DNA of 64,000 nucleotides from an uncultured Solirubrobacterales bacterium (GCA_963727105.1 CAVSEW010000001.1:1643464-1707463); one strand, 5' to 3'; positions 28,440 through 38,153 are shown, numbered from the stretch's first letter. Notes: generated by a model from the sequence alone, not told the origin. Numbers and translations are program-made.

Positions 28440-29273
28440 ATGGCGACGGCGGCGGAGCGTGCGCGGCGCACCAACGAGACGATCGGCAGCGTGCGCTGGT
28501 ACCACTCGATCGAGATCGCTCCGGGCGTTGTCACGCCGGGGGCGTTCGACCTGCGACCGATCATGGGCCGGCTGCCGTGGCCCGAGGTGCGCGGCCGGCG
28601 CTGCCTGGACATCGGAACCTACGACGGGTTCTTCGCGTTCGAGCTCGAGCGACGCGGGGCGAGTGAGGTCCTCGCCGTCGACATCGCCGGCCACGAGGAC
28701 TGGGACTGGGAGCAGCATGTGCGCGCCCGCGGTCCCGAGTACCTGCGCCAGGTGATGGGACCGGAGGTCGGCGCCGGCTTCGAGGTCGCCCACAAGCTGC
28801 TCGGCTCCCGCGTCAGGCGCCAGCACGTCAGCGTTTACGAGCTCGACCCCACCTCGCTAGGCGAGTTCGACGTGGTCGTCTGCGGCAGCCTGCTGCTGCA
28901 TCTGCGCGACCCCCTACGCGCACTCGACGCGATCGCCTCGGTCTGCCGCGGCGAGTTCCTGTGCATGAACCAGGTCGAGCTGGGGCTGACGCTGATCCAC
29001 CCCCGCCGCGCGCTGACGCGGCTCGACGGGACCAGCGGCGTCACCCAGTGGTGGCTGCCGAACCGGGCCGGCAACCGCCAGCTGCTGCGTGCGGCGGGCT
29101 TCGAGCTGCTCGGCGAGTCCCGCCTGTACTCGATCCCGTTCGGCGCGATGCGGCCGGCGCCGGTGCCGGGCCTGCGGGCCGCGGCCGACCGGTTCGCGGG
29201 CCGCGCGCTGACCGGTGGCCTCGGCGTGCCGCATCACGCGCTACTTGCGCGCGTGCAGCACCGGCGGATGTAG
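28440..29273 (+). CDS. Class I SAM-dependent transferase (CmoB/DUF1698-like), copy 2
   Basis: WYHSIEIAPGVVTPGAFD, LDIGTYDGFFAFE, GSLLLHLRDP. Confidence 0.85.
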   Translation: MATAAERARRTNETIGSVRWYHSIEIAPGVVTPGAFDLRPIMGRLPWPEVRGRRCLDIGTYDGFFAFELERRGASEVLAVDIAGHEDWDWEQHVRARGPEYLRQVMGPEVGAGFEVAHKLLGSRVRRQHVSVYELDPTSLGEFDVVVCGSLLLHLRDPLRALDAIASVCRGEFLCMNQVELGLTLIHPRRALTRLDGTSGVTQWWLPNRAGNRQLLRAAGFELLGESRLYSIPFGAMRPAPVPGLRAAADRFAGRALTGGLGVPHHALLARVQHRRM

Positions 29274-29279
29274 AAGTCT

Positions 29280-30287
29280 CTAGAGTACGGGCGTGCGGTT
29301 GCGGACGCTGCCCCGGACCATTGCCGCCAGTCCGACCGCGTCGGCGGCCAGATCGGCGGCTGCCACGGCCCACGAGCGGGGGCCTCTGGTACCCGCGCGG
29401 CCCGCGTCCGTGCGCAGCCGGCGCAGGTAGGGCGCGCTCGCGGCGAGCGGCCACGGCGACTGGATCGCGAGCGCCAGCACACCGCCGGCGAGCGCGGCAT
29501 CGAAGCTGGCGCTGCGCTCGCTGAGGAACAGGCGGCGGTGCATGAACGTCTCGCGCAGCTCCGGCACCCTCCGCGCGATCGCTGGAAAGTACTGCAGGCG
29601 CCCGCGCTCGAGCGCGTACTCGCGCCAGTCGCGCGGGAACACCGCGTGGTGGGCGAGCGCCTGCGCGCAGAATGCGGGTCGTCCCCCTAGGCGCTGGACG
29701 CGGTAGCCGAACAGCACGTCCTCACCCAGCGGCTTGCCGTTCGGTGGCCACAGCCAGTCCTCGAAGCCGCCCGCGCGCTCGAACAGCTCGCGCCGAACGA
29801 ACAGGTTCGCGGCCTCCCACAGGCCAACCAGGGAGGTGATCCACAGCGTGCGATCGAACGGCCCGAGCGTCGCGTGCGGGTCGGGCAGCACGCGGCCCTG
29901 GACGATGTCGGCGGCGGCGAGCGCATCGACTCCCGCCTGAAGCCAGCCGGGCGCCGGGAACACGTCTGCGTCGCAAAACGCCAGCAGGCTCGCGGCGGCC
30001 CTCGCCGCGCCGAGATTACGCGCGGCCGCGGGGCCGCCGCCGGGCCCGCTCAGCACGGTGACGGGTCCCCCCGCGCGGTCGGCGAGCTCGGCGGTGGCGT
30101 CGGTCGACCCGTCGTCGACGACGATCACCTCGTAGTCGCCCTCCAGCTCCTGCCCGGCCAGTGACGCCAGCGTCCGCGGCAGCGTCGCGGCAGCGTCGCG
30201 CGCCGGTACGACGACGCTTACGCGGAGCGCTCTGCCAGGCCCAGGTATCCGAGCACCTCCCCCAGCAGCGCCCGTTCGGCCACGCAC
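29280..30287 (-). CDS. Glycosyltransferase family 2 (start uncertain)
   Basis: RVSVVVPARD, VVDDGSTD, FCDAD, GEDV; family similarity starts near 30224, nearest canonical start is GTG 30287. Confidence 0.8.
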   Translation of the reverse strand: MRGRTGAAGGGARIPGPGRALRVSVVVPARDAAATLPRTLASLAGQELEGDYEVIVVDDGSTDATAELADRAGGPVTVLSGPGGGPAAARNLGAARAAASLLAFCDADVFPAPGWLQAGVDALAAADIVQGRVLPDPHATLGPFDRTLWITSLVGLWEAANLFVRRELFERAGGFEDWLWPPNGKPLGEDVLFGYRVQRLGGRPAFCAQALAHHAVFPRDWREYALERGRLQYFPAIARRVPELRETFMHRRLFLSERSASFDAALAGGVLALAIQSPWPLAASAPYLRRLRTDAGRAGTRGPRSWAVAAADLAADAVGLAAMVRGSVRNRTPVL

Positions 30288-31777
30288 GTCACCGCCACCG
30301 TCACCATCAGATAGCAGGCGAGCTCGACGGCCGCGGTCGCCGGCCCCCGGGTGCCGCTCTCGAGCAGCCGCATCACCAGAACGATGCCCACCGCCGGAAC
30401 CGTCGGCAGCACCGCCCGCAGCGAGTGCCGCGCGAACTCGAACCCCTCGAACAGCCGCGACAGGTACCACGCGCGCACAGCCAGGTTCGAGCAGGCGCCG
30501 GCGAACATCCCGATCGCGAGGCCGATCAGGCCGTATGTGAACAGCAGCGGCAGGCCGACCGCCAGCAACACGGTCGTCGAGACGACGCTGCTGACCGCCA
30601 GCGGCGTCGTCTGCGAGCGGGCCATGAAGTAGTCGTCCCAGTTGAAGCCGATGTGGTTGATCGCCGCCGCCAGACCGGTGATCTGGAGCAGCCCGACCGC
30701 CGGGCCCCACTTACGCCCGAGCACGAAGTTCACGAGGTCAGGCGCGAACAGCGCGAGCCCGACGCCGAACGGCACCGCCCACATCAGCGCCAGCCGGTTG
30801 CCCTTGACGAACGACTCCCGCAGCAGCTCGATGCGGTTCTGCATCGCGCAGATCGCCGGGTACAGCGTGCTGCCGATCAGATCGTCGACACGGGTCGTGA
30901 ACGCGGTGATGTTCCCCGCCAGCGCGACCGCACCCGCACCCGCGAGGCCCAGTTTTGCGTTGGTCGAGATCATGGTCGCGTTCGCGAGCACGACGCTGCA
31001 CGCCGTGGCGACGAAGATCGGCCCGGAGAACCGCGCATACAGACGCACCGTGCCCTTGTCGTAGCGCCAGCGCATCGCGAACGGGCAGCTGACGATCGCG
31101 GTACCGGCCCCGGCCCACGCGCCCGCGACCACGCCGATCGCGAGCGACCAGTAGCCGGCGCCGGCGACTGCGAGCGAGATCGTGACTACGAACGCCACCA
31201 GCGGCTCGATCGACTGCAGCGTCCGCTGCCGCACGAACTGCATCTTGCGGTAATAGATCCAGAACGGCGCCTGCAGCGCGTCCGCGGCCAGCACCGTCAG
31301 AAGCACCGCCCCGGGCGCCACTAGCTTCCACTGTCCGTACACGACCGCGATCACCGGCAGCGCCACCACCAGCGGGATGATCGCCGCCGCCGTCACCAGC
31401 ACCTCGAGCGTGAACGCCTTCTGGAATGCGACCTCCTGATCTGCGTCCTGCTGCTGGATGTACTTGTCGCTGACCCCGACCACCTTTAGCCGCGACAGCA
31501 CGCCCAGCGAGACGATCAGCACCCCCCACAACCCGTAGTCCGACCGGGTCAGGAAGGCGGCCACGACGAAGCCCTGGACGAGACTCAGCAGGCTCAGCCC
31601 GACGCCGAAGCCCGTGTTGACGAGCACTCCCCGCGCCGCAAACGACCGCAGCGACCGCCCGCGGGTGTCGATCTCCCGCGGCGCGGAGTGTTCCGCGGCG
31701 GGGTGGTCGGTGGCCGGGTTGGTGGCGCCCCGGTCCGGGGCGGCCTGCGCCGTAGCGGCATCCCTGGTTGTAAACAC
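30218..31777 (-). CDS. Wzx-type oligosaccharide flippase
   Basis: About 12 TMs, LTRSDYGL, GAGYWSLAIG, LYPAI; TACGAT -10 seven nt before GTG 31777. Confidence 0.88.
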   Translation of the reverse strand: MFTTRDAATAQAAPDRGATNPATDHPAAEHSAPREIDTRGRSLRSFAARGVLVNTGFGVGLSLLSLVQGFVVAAFLTRSDYGLWGVLIVSLGVLSRLKVVGVSDKYIQQQDADQEVAFQKAFTLEVLVTAAAIIPLVVALPVIAVVYGQWKLVAPGAVLLTVLAADALQAPFWIYYRKMQFVRQRTLQSIEPLVAFVVTISLAVAGAGYWSLAIGVVAGAWAGAGTAIVSCPFAMRWRYDKGTVRLYARFSGPIFVATACSVVLANATMISTNAKLGLAGAGAVALAGNITAFTTRVDDLIGSTLYPAICAMQNRIELLRESFVKGNRLALMWAVPFGVGLALFAPDLVNFVLGRKWGPAVGLLQITGLAAAINHIGFNWDDYFMARSQTTPLAVSSVVSTTVLLAVGLPLLFTYGLIGLAIGMFAGACSNLAVRAWYLSRLFEGFEFARHSLRAVLPTVPAVGIVLVMRLLESGTRGPATAAVELACYLMVTVAVTCVAERALLGEVLGYLGLAERSA

Positions 31778-31871
31778 CGCGGCGATCGTAGCGGGCTCTC
31801 CGTCCGCCCACGCCGGGCGCGCAAACTGGCGCGTGCCGGCGTGGTGAGCTGGCTCTAAGCTTCCCCGGGCG

Positions 31872-33305
31872 ATGCGTCCGAACATCCTGCTGGTCGTGCT
31901 CGACGCGCTGCGCCGGGACACGGTCGAGCCATATCGGGAGCGCGGGGGCCTGACGCCGGCGATCGGCGAGCTGGCGCGCCGTGGCGTGGCGCTGCGCGAC
32001 GCATATGCCACCGCCAGCTGGACGCTACCGTCGCACGCGTCGATGTTCACCGGAATGCTGCCGCGCCGGCTCGGGCTCGGGCAGCCGCCGAGCGGGACGC
32101 CCGAGGGCGCGAGGGCGGCGCTGCAGCCGGTGGCGGACCGGATCTTGGCGAGCGTGCTCTCGCGCGCGGGATACGCCACCGAGGCGTGGAGCACGAACCT
32201 GTGGGCCTCGCAGCACGCGGGCTTCGACATCGGGTTCGATCGGTTCGCGTACTGGACCGGCGAGCGGCTCGAGCGGAGCGCGGCGCTGCTGGGCGACGGC
32301 CCGCGCGCGCAGCTGGCGTGGGCGCTGGACGGGCTGCGCTCGCAAATCGACGATGGGGCCGCGCGGACCGGACGTTCGCTTCGGGCGGCGATCGCGTCGT
32401 GGTCTGGGCAACCGGCGTTCTGGTTCGTGAACCTGTGCGAGTGCCACTCGCCGTACCTACCGCCGCGGCCGTGGAATGACCTCGACGCCCGTGACCGCCT
32501 GCGCGCCGCGCTCGAGGCCAAGCGGCACCTGAGCTTCGAGGCGATCTGCCTGTTCGCCGCCGGGCGCTGGGAGATCCCCGACGAGGCGCTCGAGCGGATG
32601 CGCCACCTGTACGCGCGGGCGGCGGCGTACATGGACGGATGGCTGGCTGACGTGCTCCAGGCACTCGACCGGCGCGGGATCCTCGAGCAGACACTCGTGA
32701 TCGTCACCTCCGATCATGGCGAGAACTTCGCCGAGGCCGGCCTGATCGCGCATGGGTTCTCGCTCGACCAGCGACTGATCCACGTGCCGCTGGTCCTCGC
32801 CGGACCGGGCGCGGCGGACCGCGGTGGGACGTTCAGCCTCGCGCAGCTCCCGCGCCTGGTCGCGACGGCCGCCGGGCTCGAGCACCATCCCTGGGCCGAT
32901 GATCCGCAGCCCAACGGGATCGCGGTCGCGCAGCACGACCCGCTCGGCAGCGCCGATGACCCGCGGGTGCGCGATTTCGCGGCGCGCCACGGGCTCGACG
33001 ACGCCGCGGTCGAGCGGATGACGGCCGCCTACAGCGCCGCCACCGACGGCCGCCACAAACTCGTCGTCCGCAACGGGGCCGAGCTGCTTTACGATCTCGA
33101 GGCCGACCCGGGCGAGACCGCGCCGCTCGATCCGAGTGAGGTCAATGGAGCGCTTGCGCCGCTGCGCGCGGCGCTGGCAAACAGCATGCACCACCCAGCC
33201 ACCCAGGCCCCGACCGCAACCACGCCGACCGCGCTCGCCCAGGCCGCCTCCGCCGAGGAGGTCGCAGCGCTCGAGCGGCAGATGAAGCTGCTCGGCTATC
33301 TGTAG
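31872..33305 (+). CDS. Sulfatase/alkaline-phosphatase-fold hydrolase or transferase
   Basis: PNILLVVLDALRRD, SWTLPSHASMFTG, HSPY, TSDHGE, ELLYDLEADPGE. Confidence 0.88.
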   Translation: MRPNILLVVLDALRRDTVEPYRERGGLTPAIGELARRGVALRDAYATASWTLPSHASMFTGMLPRRLGLGQPPSGTPEGARAALQPVADRILASVLSRAGYATEAWSTNLWASQHAGFDIGFDRFAYWTGERLERSAALLGDGPRAQLAWALDGLRSQIDDGAARTGRSLRAAIASWSGQPAFWFVNLCECHSPYLPPRPWNDLDARDRLRAALEAKRHLSFEAICLFAAGRWEIPDEALERMRHLYARAAAYMDGWLADVLQALDRRGILEQTLVIVTSDHGENFAEAGLIAHGFSLDQRLIHVPLVLAGPGAADRGGTFSLAQLPRLVATAAGLEHHPWADDPQPNGIAVAQHDPLGSADDPRVRDFAARHGLDDAAVERMTAAYSAATDGRHKLVVRNGAELLYDLEADPGETAPLDPSEVNGALAPLRAALANSMHHPATQAPTATTPTALAQAASAEEVAALERQMKLLGYL

Positions 33306-33308
33306 CGC

Positions 33309-34277
33309 TCACAGCACGAGCGTGCGGTGGCGGATGCTGCCGCGGACCATCACCGCGAGCTCGGCGCCGTCGATCGCGGCACGACCGGGCAGCTCGCTCG
33401 CCGCCCGCGCGAGGCCGCGAGGCCCGTAGCCGCGATGGCCAATCGCGAGCGCGAGCCACGGCAGCGCCAGCGCCGCGGCGCCGCGCCGGCGCCGCGCGAG
33501 CGTAGCGCCGAGTCCGGCCGCCGCCAGCGCCGCATGCTCGCGCTTCCACCAGATCCGCCCCCACAGCTCGCCGCGCAGCGAGGGCTGGCGGCGCACGAGC
33601 AGCGGCACGTCCTCCCAGCGCCGGAGTGACCGGATGGCCGTCGGCAGCGAGCGCTCCACGACGGCGTGGTAGACGAGCAGCTCGGGCGCGGCGACGATCG
33701 CGACGCCGCTGCACCCGGCGCGGAGCGCGAGGTCTGTGTCCTCGCCAACGCCGAGCTGCTCGTCGAAGCCGCCGGTCTTCTCGAGCACCGCGCGTGGGTA
33801 GGCGATGTTGCAGGTCTCGGCCCAAGCGGAGACGGGCTCGATCAGCTGCGTGTGCGGCCACGGCGCGCCGATCAGCGTCGCCAGCTCGTCGGGATCGGGC
33901 ACCGTGCGCCCCTGCACGATCGCTCCGGGGTGCGCGTCGGCCGCGCCGAGGGCGCGCTCGACCCAATCGGGCGCCGGGCGGCAGTCGTCGTCGGTGAACA
34001 GCACGCGTGGCGCGCCGGCGGCGCGCCACGCGGCATTGCGCTTGGCCGCCGCGAGCATGCTGCCGGGCGCAAACCGCACGACGCGCAACTGCCCGCGCGC
34101 GACCAGCGGGTGGGTCTGCAGGAGCCGCTCGGTGTCGGGCTCAGTGCTGTCATGCGCGACGATCACCTCGAAGCGCTGCGGCGCGAGCGTCTGCACCAGC
34201 AGCGCGTTCAGCAGCCAGCGCAGCCGCAGCGGCCGGTCCCGGGTCGGGATCGCGACGCTGGCCGCGAGCTCGCTCAC
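33309..34277 (-). CDS. Glycosyltransferase family 2
   Basis: SVAIPTRDR, FTDDDC, GGFDE..GEDTD; GTGA overlap. Confidence 0.88.
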   Translation of the reverse strand: MSELAASVAIPTRDRPLRLRWLLNALLVQTLAPQRFEVIVAHDSTEPDTERLLQTHPLVARGQLRVVRFAPGSMLAAAKRNAAWRAAGAPRVLFTDDDCRPAPDWVERALGAADAHPGAIVQGRTVPDPDELATLIGAPWPHTQLIEPVSAWAETCNIAYPRAVLEKTGGFDEQLGVGEDTDLALRAGCSGVAIVAAPELLVYHAVVERSLPTAIRSLRRWEDVPLLVRRQPSLRGELWGRIWWKREHAALAAAGLGATLARRRRGAAALALPWLALAIGHRGYGPRGLARAASELPGRAAIDGAELAVMVRGSIRHRTLVL

Positions 34278-35380
34278 CCGTCCGCTCCGAGCAGGCGTCC
34301 GTACAGCTCGAGATAGCGCTCGGTGCAGCGATCGCTCGACAGCTCGGCGGCGCGCGCGCGGCAGCGCCCAACCGTGTCCGGATCGCCCGCGAGCGCCAAC
34401 GTCTCGCTCAGCGCGCTGGCCAGCGTATCGGCGTCGAGCGCGTCGAACAGCCGGCCTATCCCGGGCCTGTCGATCACCTCGGGGATCGCCCCGTCCGCAT
34501 AGCCGACGACCGGCGTGCCACACGCGAGCGCCTCGGCCAGCACGAGCCCGAAGGCCTCGTCTTGAGCGGGCAGCGTCGCGATCCAGGCCTGGCCGTAGGC
34601 GCGCGCGAGCGCCGAGTGCCGATCGAGGTCCGTCCACTCGACGCCGGGCGCCTCGAGATCGGCGCCGGCGGCGCGCGCGGCCGCGCGATCGCGGGGGCGC
34701 GAGAGCACGAGCCGCGCGTCCGGGTGCTCGCGTCGGAGCAGCCCAAAGGCGTCGATCAGCAGCCCGACGTGCTTGCGCTCGACCTCGGGCGCGGCACTGC
34801 AGACGATCGTCGGCTGCGGGCTGCGGGCTGGCGCGGGCGCGAACGCGTGCAGATCGACGCCGGGAGCGATCACGAGCGGCTCGTAGCCGAGCCAGTGGCG
34901 GAATGCCGCCGCGGCGTGCTCGCTCAGCGCGACCACCGCGTCGCAGCCGTCGATCGCGCGCAGCAGGATGTCGAGCCTGCGCCGCCGCTCGGACAGCCAG
35001 CGCCGCTCGGGCGTGCCCATATACGACAGCACCGCCGGCCGTCCTGTCCTGCGACGCCAGCGCGCGGCGGCGAGCGCGTCGGCCGGGTACATGGCGTGGG
35101 CGAGGTCGGGCGACTGCGCGCGCAGGGCCGCGTAGCTCAGCGGCACGTGCGTCAGGTAGTCGTCGTAGTGGCGGCGCAGCAGCCGCCCCTGCGGCGGGCG
35201 CGGCAGTCGCAGCACCGCCAGGCCGTCCTCGGTCGCGCGGGATGGAGGGCGGGGATGGCTGGTGATCAGCGAGACGTCGTGCCCGCGCGCGAGCAGGCCG
35301 CTGGCCAGCTCCCTGGTGAACCGCTCCCCTCCCCTGCGCACCTCCGGCCAGTAGCACGGGCTGAGCAGCGTGACGTTCAT
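34274..35380 (-). CDS. Glycosyltransferase family 4
   Basis: YWPEVRRGGER, EAFGLVLAEALACGTPVV; ATGA overlap. Confidence 0.9.
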   Translation of the reverse strand: MNVTLLSPCYWPEVRRGGERFTRELASGLLARGHDVSLITSHPRPPSRATEDGLAVLRLPRPPQGRLLRRHYDDYLTHVPLSYAALRAQSPDLAHAMYPADALAAARWRRRTGRPAVLSYMGTPERRWLSERRRRLDILLRAIDGCDAVVALSEHAAAAFRHWLGYEPLVIAPGVDLHAFAPAPARSPQPTIVCSAAPEVERKHVGLLIDAFGLLRREHPDARLVLSRPRDRAAARAAGADLEAPGVEWTDLDRHSALARAYGQAWIATLPAQDEAFGLVLAEALACGTPVVGYADGAIPEVIDRPGIGRLFDALDADTLASALSETLALAGDPDTVGRCRARAAELSSDRCTERYLELYGRLLGADG

Positions 35381-36165
35381 CGGCGCCGGGACCGCACCGC
35401 GCAGTAGCGGTCGCGCATCGGCGGCCGCTGCGGCGGGCGGTAGACGCCCCGCATCCGGATCTCCTCGAATCCGGCCGTACGCAGCCACGCCCGCAGCGTC
35501 GCCCAGTTCGGATACCACCAATTGAAGCTCGTCTCGAGCGTCTGCAGCCGCGCGACCGCCCGCCGGGGGTGCAGCAGCGACAGCGGCAGCGACAGCGCCT
35601 CGAGCTGATACAGGGTCCCGCCGGGAACGAGGGTCGCGTGCAGCCGCTCGAGCGCGCGCACCGGGTCGCGCAGGTGCACCAGCAGCGCGCCGAGGAACGC
35701 GACGTCGACCGGGCCGCCGATCGCCTCCGAAGTCAGCTCGAGCACGTCGCAGACCACCCTGCGCACGCGCGAGCCGAGCAGTTCCGAGGCGATCGCGAAC
35801 CCACGGCCGATCTGGAGGTCGAGCTCCCGCGCGCGGCCCTCGAGCGCGGTGCGGTTGTTGGGCGGCAGCGAGGTCTCCTCGACACGCTCGATGTCGATCG
35901 CCACGACCTCGGCGCCGCGACGCTCAAGCTCGAACGCCCAGAACCCGTCGAACGTGCCGACGTCGAGCGCCCGCAGCCCGGACAGGTCCGCCGGCAGAAG
36001 GCGCTTGGCGAGCCTGCGAAGGTCGATGCGGCCCGGTGTGACGACCCCGCCTGGCAGCTCAAGCGTGTGGTACCAGACGGGGTTGGCGGCGACCGCCGCC
36101 GCGACCTCGTCGCGCTGAGGCGGCGGTTCGGCGTGTCCGTGCTGCTCGGTCAAGCGCACTCCCAT
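35377..36165 (-). CDS. Class I SAM-dependent transferase (CmoB/DUF1698-like), copy 3
   Basis: WYHTLELPGGVVTPGRID, LDVGTFDGFWAFE, GALLVHLRDP; TGATG overlap. Confidence 0.85.
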   Translation of the reverse strand: MGVRLTEQHGHAEPPPQRDEVAAAVAANPVWYHTLELPGGVVTPGRIDLRRLAKRLLPADLSGLRALDVGTFDGFWAFELERRGAEVVAIDIERVEETSLPPNNRTALEGRARELDLQIGRGFAIASELLGSRVRRVVCDVLELTSEAIGGPVDVAFLGALLVHLRDPVRALERLHATLVPGGTLYQLEALSLPLSLLHPRRAVARLQTLETSFNWWYPNWATLRAWLRTAGFEEIRMRGVYRPPQRPPMRDRYCAVRSRRR

Positions 36166-37013
36166 CAGCCAACGAGTCCCTCGACGAACGGCACCTCGAG
36201 CACCTTCTCGTGCGCGATCGGGCCGTGGCCGAAGTAGCCGTCCTCGCCGAACAGCTCGCCGTGGTCGGAGGTGACGATCAGCCACGTGTTCGGCGGCAGG
36301 CGACCCAGCAGCTTCTCGAACACGCCGTCGAGGTACTCGAGCGCGGCGATCTGGCGCTCGTGCAGGGACCGCAGCCGCGCCGCGGTGAAGAACTCCGCCG
36401 GCTCCTCGCCCTCGGCGCGGATCTGGTCAAGGCGCGTGAACACTCCGTGCACCCCGGAAATGTGTGGCAGCTCGTCAGCACCCTGGCCGGGCCACGCGTA
36501 GGGGTAGTGGGTCTCGCCCACGTTCAGCAGCCAGAACGACGGCCGCTGCTCGTCGAAGTGCACCTGGTCGACCATCGCCGCCATGTCGTTGTGCACCGGC
36601 ATCAGCTCATAGGAGTCGAAGTCGCGGTTGATCAGTGTGAACGGGTTCAGCACCGGCATCGAGACCCGTGCGTGTGTCGCGTAGCCGAGCGAGTGCTTCA
36701 GGTACGTGGGCAGAAAGATCGAGGGCAGCAGCCGCCTGAACTCCATCTCCGGGACTCCGAGCCGCTCGGTGTAGCGCAGGAAGTCCTGCTTGTAGTACTC
36801 CGAGGCGTACACCTGCGCCGGGCTCGAATGCGGCATCAGACCCATCAGCAGGTTGTAGTGAGAGGGCGCGGTCCAGGACGCGTAGCTCCACCGCCGCTGG
36901 ACCTCGCCCATCCACGCGAGGCTGCGTGGCGGCGCCGCCAGCCAGGTGTCGTAGCGCAGGCTGTCGAGCACGACTACCACCAGATTGCGGGCATTTCTCG
37001 GGGCCTCGGCCAT
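36165..37013 (-). CDS. Compact sulfatase/alkaline-phosphatase-fold metalloenzyme
   Basis: LDSLRYD, ASWTAPSH, ETHYPY, TSDHGE..GHG. Confidence 0.85.
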   Translation of the reverse strand: MAEAPRNARNLVVVVLDSLRYDTWLAAPPRSLAWMGEVQRRWSYASWTAPSHYNLLMGLMPHSSPAQVYASEYYKQDFLRYTERLGVPEMEFRRLLPSIFLPTYLKHSLGYATHARVSMPVLNPFTLINRDFDSYELMPVHNDMAAMVDQVHFDEQRPSFWLLNVGETHYPYAWPGQGADELPHISGVHGVFTRLDQIRAEGEEPAEFFTAARLRSLHERQIAALEYLDGVFEKLLGRLPPNTWLIVTSDHGELFGEDGYFGHGPIAHEKVLEVPFVEGLVG

Positions 37014-37068
37014 GGCGGACAAGCTATACCGTCTGCGCCGTGGGCGACCGTCCAGCCTCTCGAGCGCG

Positions 37069-38025
37069 ATGAGCAGCGATCCCGAACCGCTGGTCTCGGT
37101 CGTCGTCTCGACCTACAACCGCCCGGGGCGCCTCGCCGCCCTCCTGGCCGGGCTGCGCGCGCAGACGGTCGGGACGGATCGGTTCGAGGTCGTGGTGGTC
37201 GACAACGGCTCGGCGCCGGCCACCTGGGAGGTGCTCGAGCGTGCGGTGGCGGCCGGCGGATTGCGGCTGCGGACGATCCGCCACGAGCGGACGCTCGGAC
37301 CGGCGGGCGGGCGCAATAGCGGCTGGCGGTTGGCGCGAGCCGCCCTGATCGCCTTCACCGACGACGACTGCGTTCCCGAGCCGGACTGGCTCGCCGCCGG
37401 GCTCAGCGCCTCCGGCAGGCATCCGGGGGCGATCATCCAGGGCCGGACCGAACCCGAGAGCTCTCTTGCCCGGGTCGGACTGCTCACGCGCACCGTCGCG
37501 ATCCGCAGCCTCGGCCCCCAGTACGAGACGTGCAACATCTTCTATCCGCGCGCCGCGCTCGAGGACCTCGGAGGGTTCGACGAGGGCTTCGGCCTCGTCC
37601 CGGGCGGCGAGGACACCGACCTGGCCTGGCGCGCGATCGAGTCCGGCCGACGGACCGAGTTCGCCGAAGGGGCGGTCGTCCGCCACGCCGTCGATCGGGT
37701 TGGAGTCGGGGGCCAGGTCCGCATCGCCGCGCGCTGGACCGACACGATCCGGATCTTCGCCGAGCATCCGCAGACGCGCTCGATGCTTGTGCGCCGGGTG
37801 TTCTGGAACGTGTGGCACTACCTGCTCTGGCGCTCGCTGCTGTCGCTCGCCGGCCCGCGCTGGCTGGCACGGATGCTCGTGACCATGCACCTGCTCCAGC
37901 TGCGCCGGCGCGCCGCGGAGGCCGGCGCGGGCGTCTGGGCGATCCCGTATCTCCTCGTGCACGACGGGGTCGAGTGCTGGGCCGTGGCGCGGGGCGCGGT
38001 GCGATATCGGACGCTCGTCTTGTAG
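37069..38025 (+). CDS. Glycosyltransferase family 2
   Basis: SVVVSTYNR, VVDNGS, FTDDDC, GEDTD; paralog of 33309-34277. Confidence 0.9.
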   Translation: MSSDPEPLVSVVVSTYNRPGRLAALLAGLRAQTVGTDRFEVVVVDNGSAPATWEVLERAVAAGGLRLRTIRHERTLGPAGGRNSGWRLARAALIAFTDDDCVPEPDWLAAGLSASGRHPGAIIQGRTEPESSLARVGLLTRTVAIRSLGPQYETCNIFYPRAALEDLGGFDEGFGLVPGGEDTDLAWRAIESGRRTEFAEGAVVRHAVDRVGVGGQVRIAARWTDTIRIFAEHPQTRSMLVRRVFWNVWHYLLWRSLLSLAGPRWLARMLVTMHLLQLRRRAAEAGAGVWAIPYLLVHDGVECWAVARGAVRYRTLVL

Positions 38026-38093
38026 GGCTCGGGTTGGCGCTGCTTGGGGGCGGCGCTCGCGGAGGCCCGCCGGAGGCGGCTCCGACCCACGGC

Positions 38094-38153
38094 GGGGTCA
38101 GAAAGCGGAATATACGGCCGGTTTCTGCCCCCCTCCGGGCGGGACGACGGAGG
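38094..38153. repeat. Paired intergenic hairpins (REP-like or terminator)
   Basis: GGGGTCAGAAA..TTTCTGCCCC and CCCTCCG..CGGAGGG. Confidence 0.45.
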
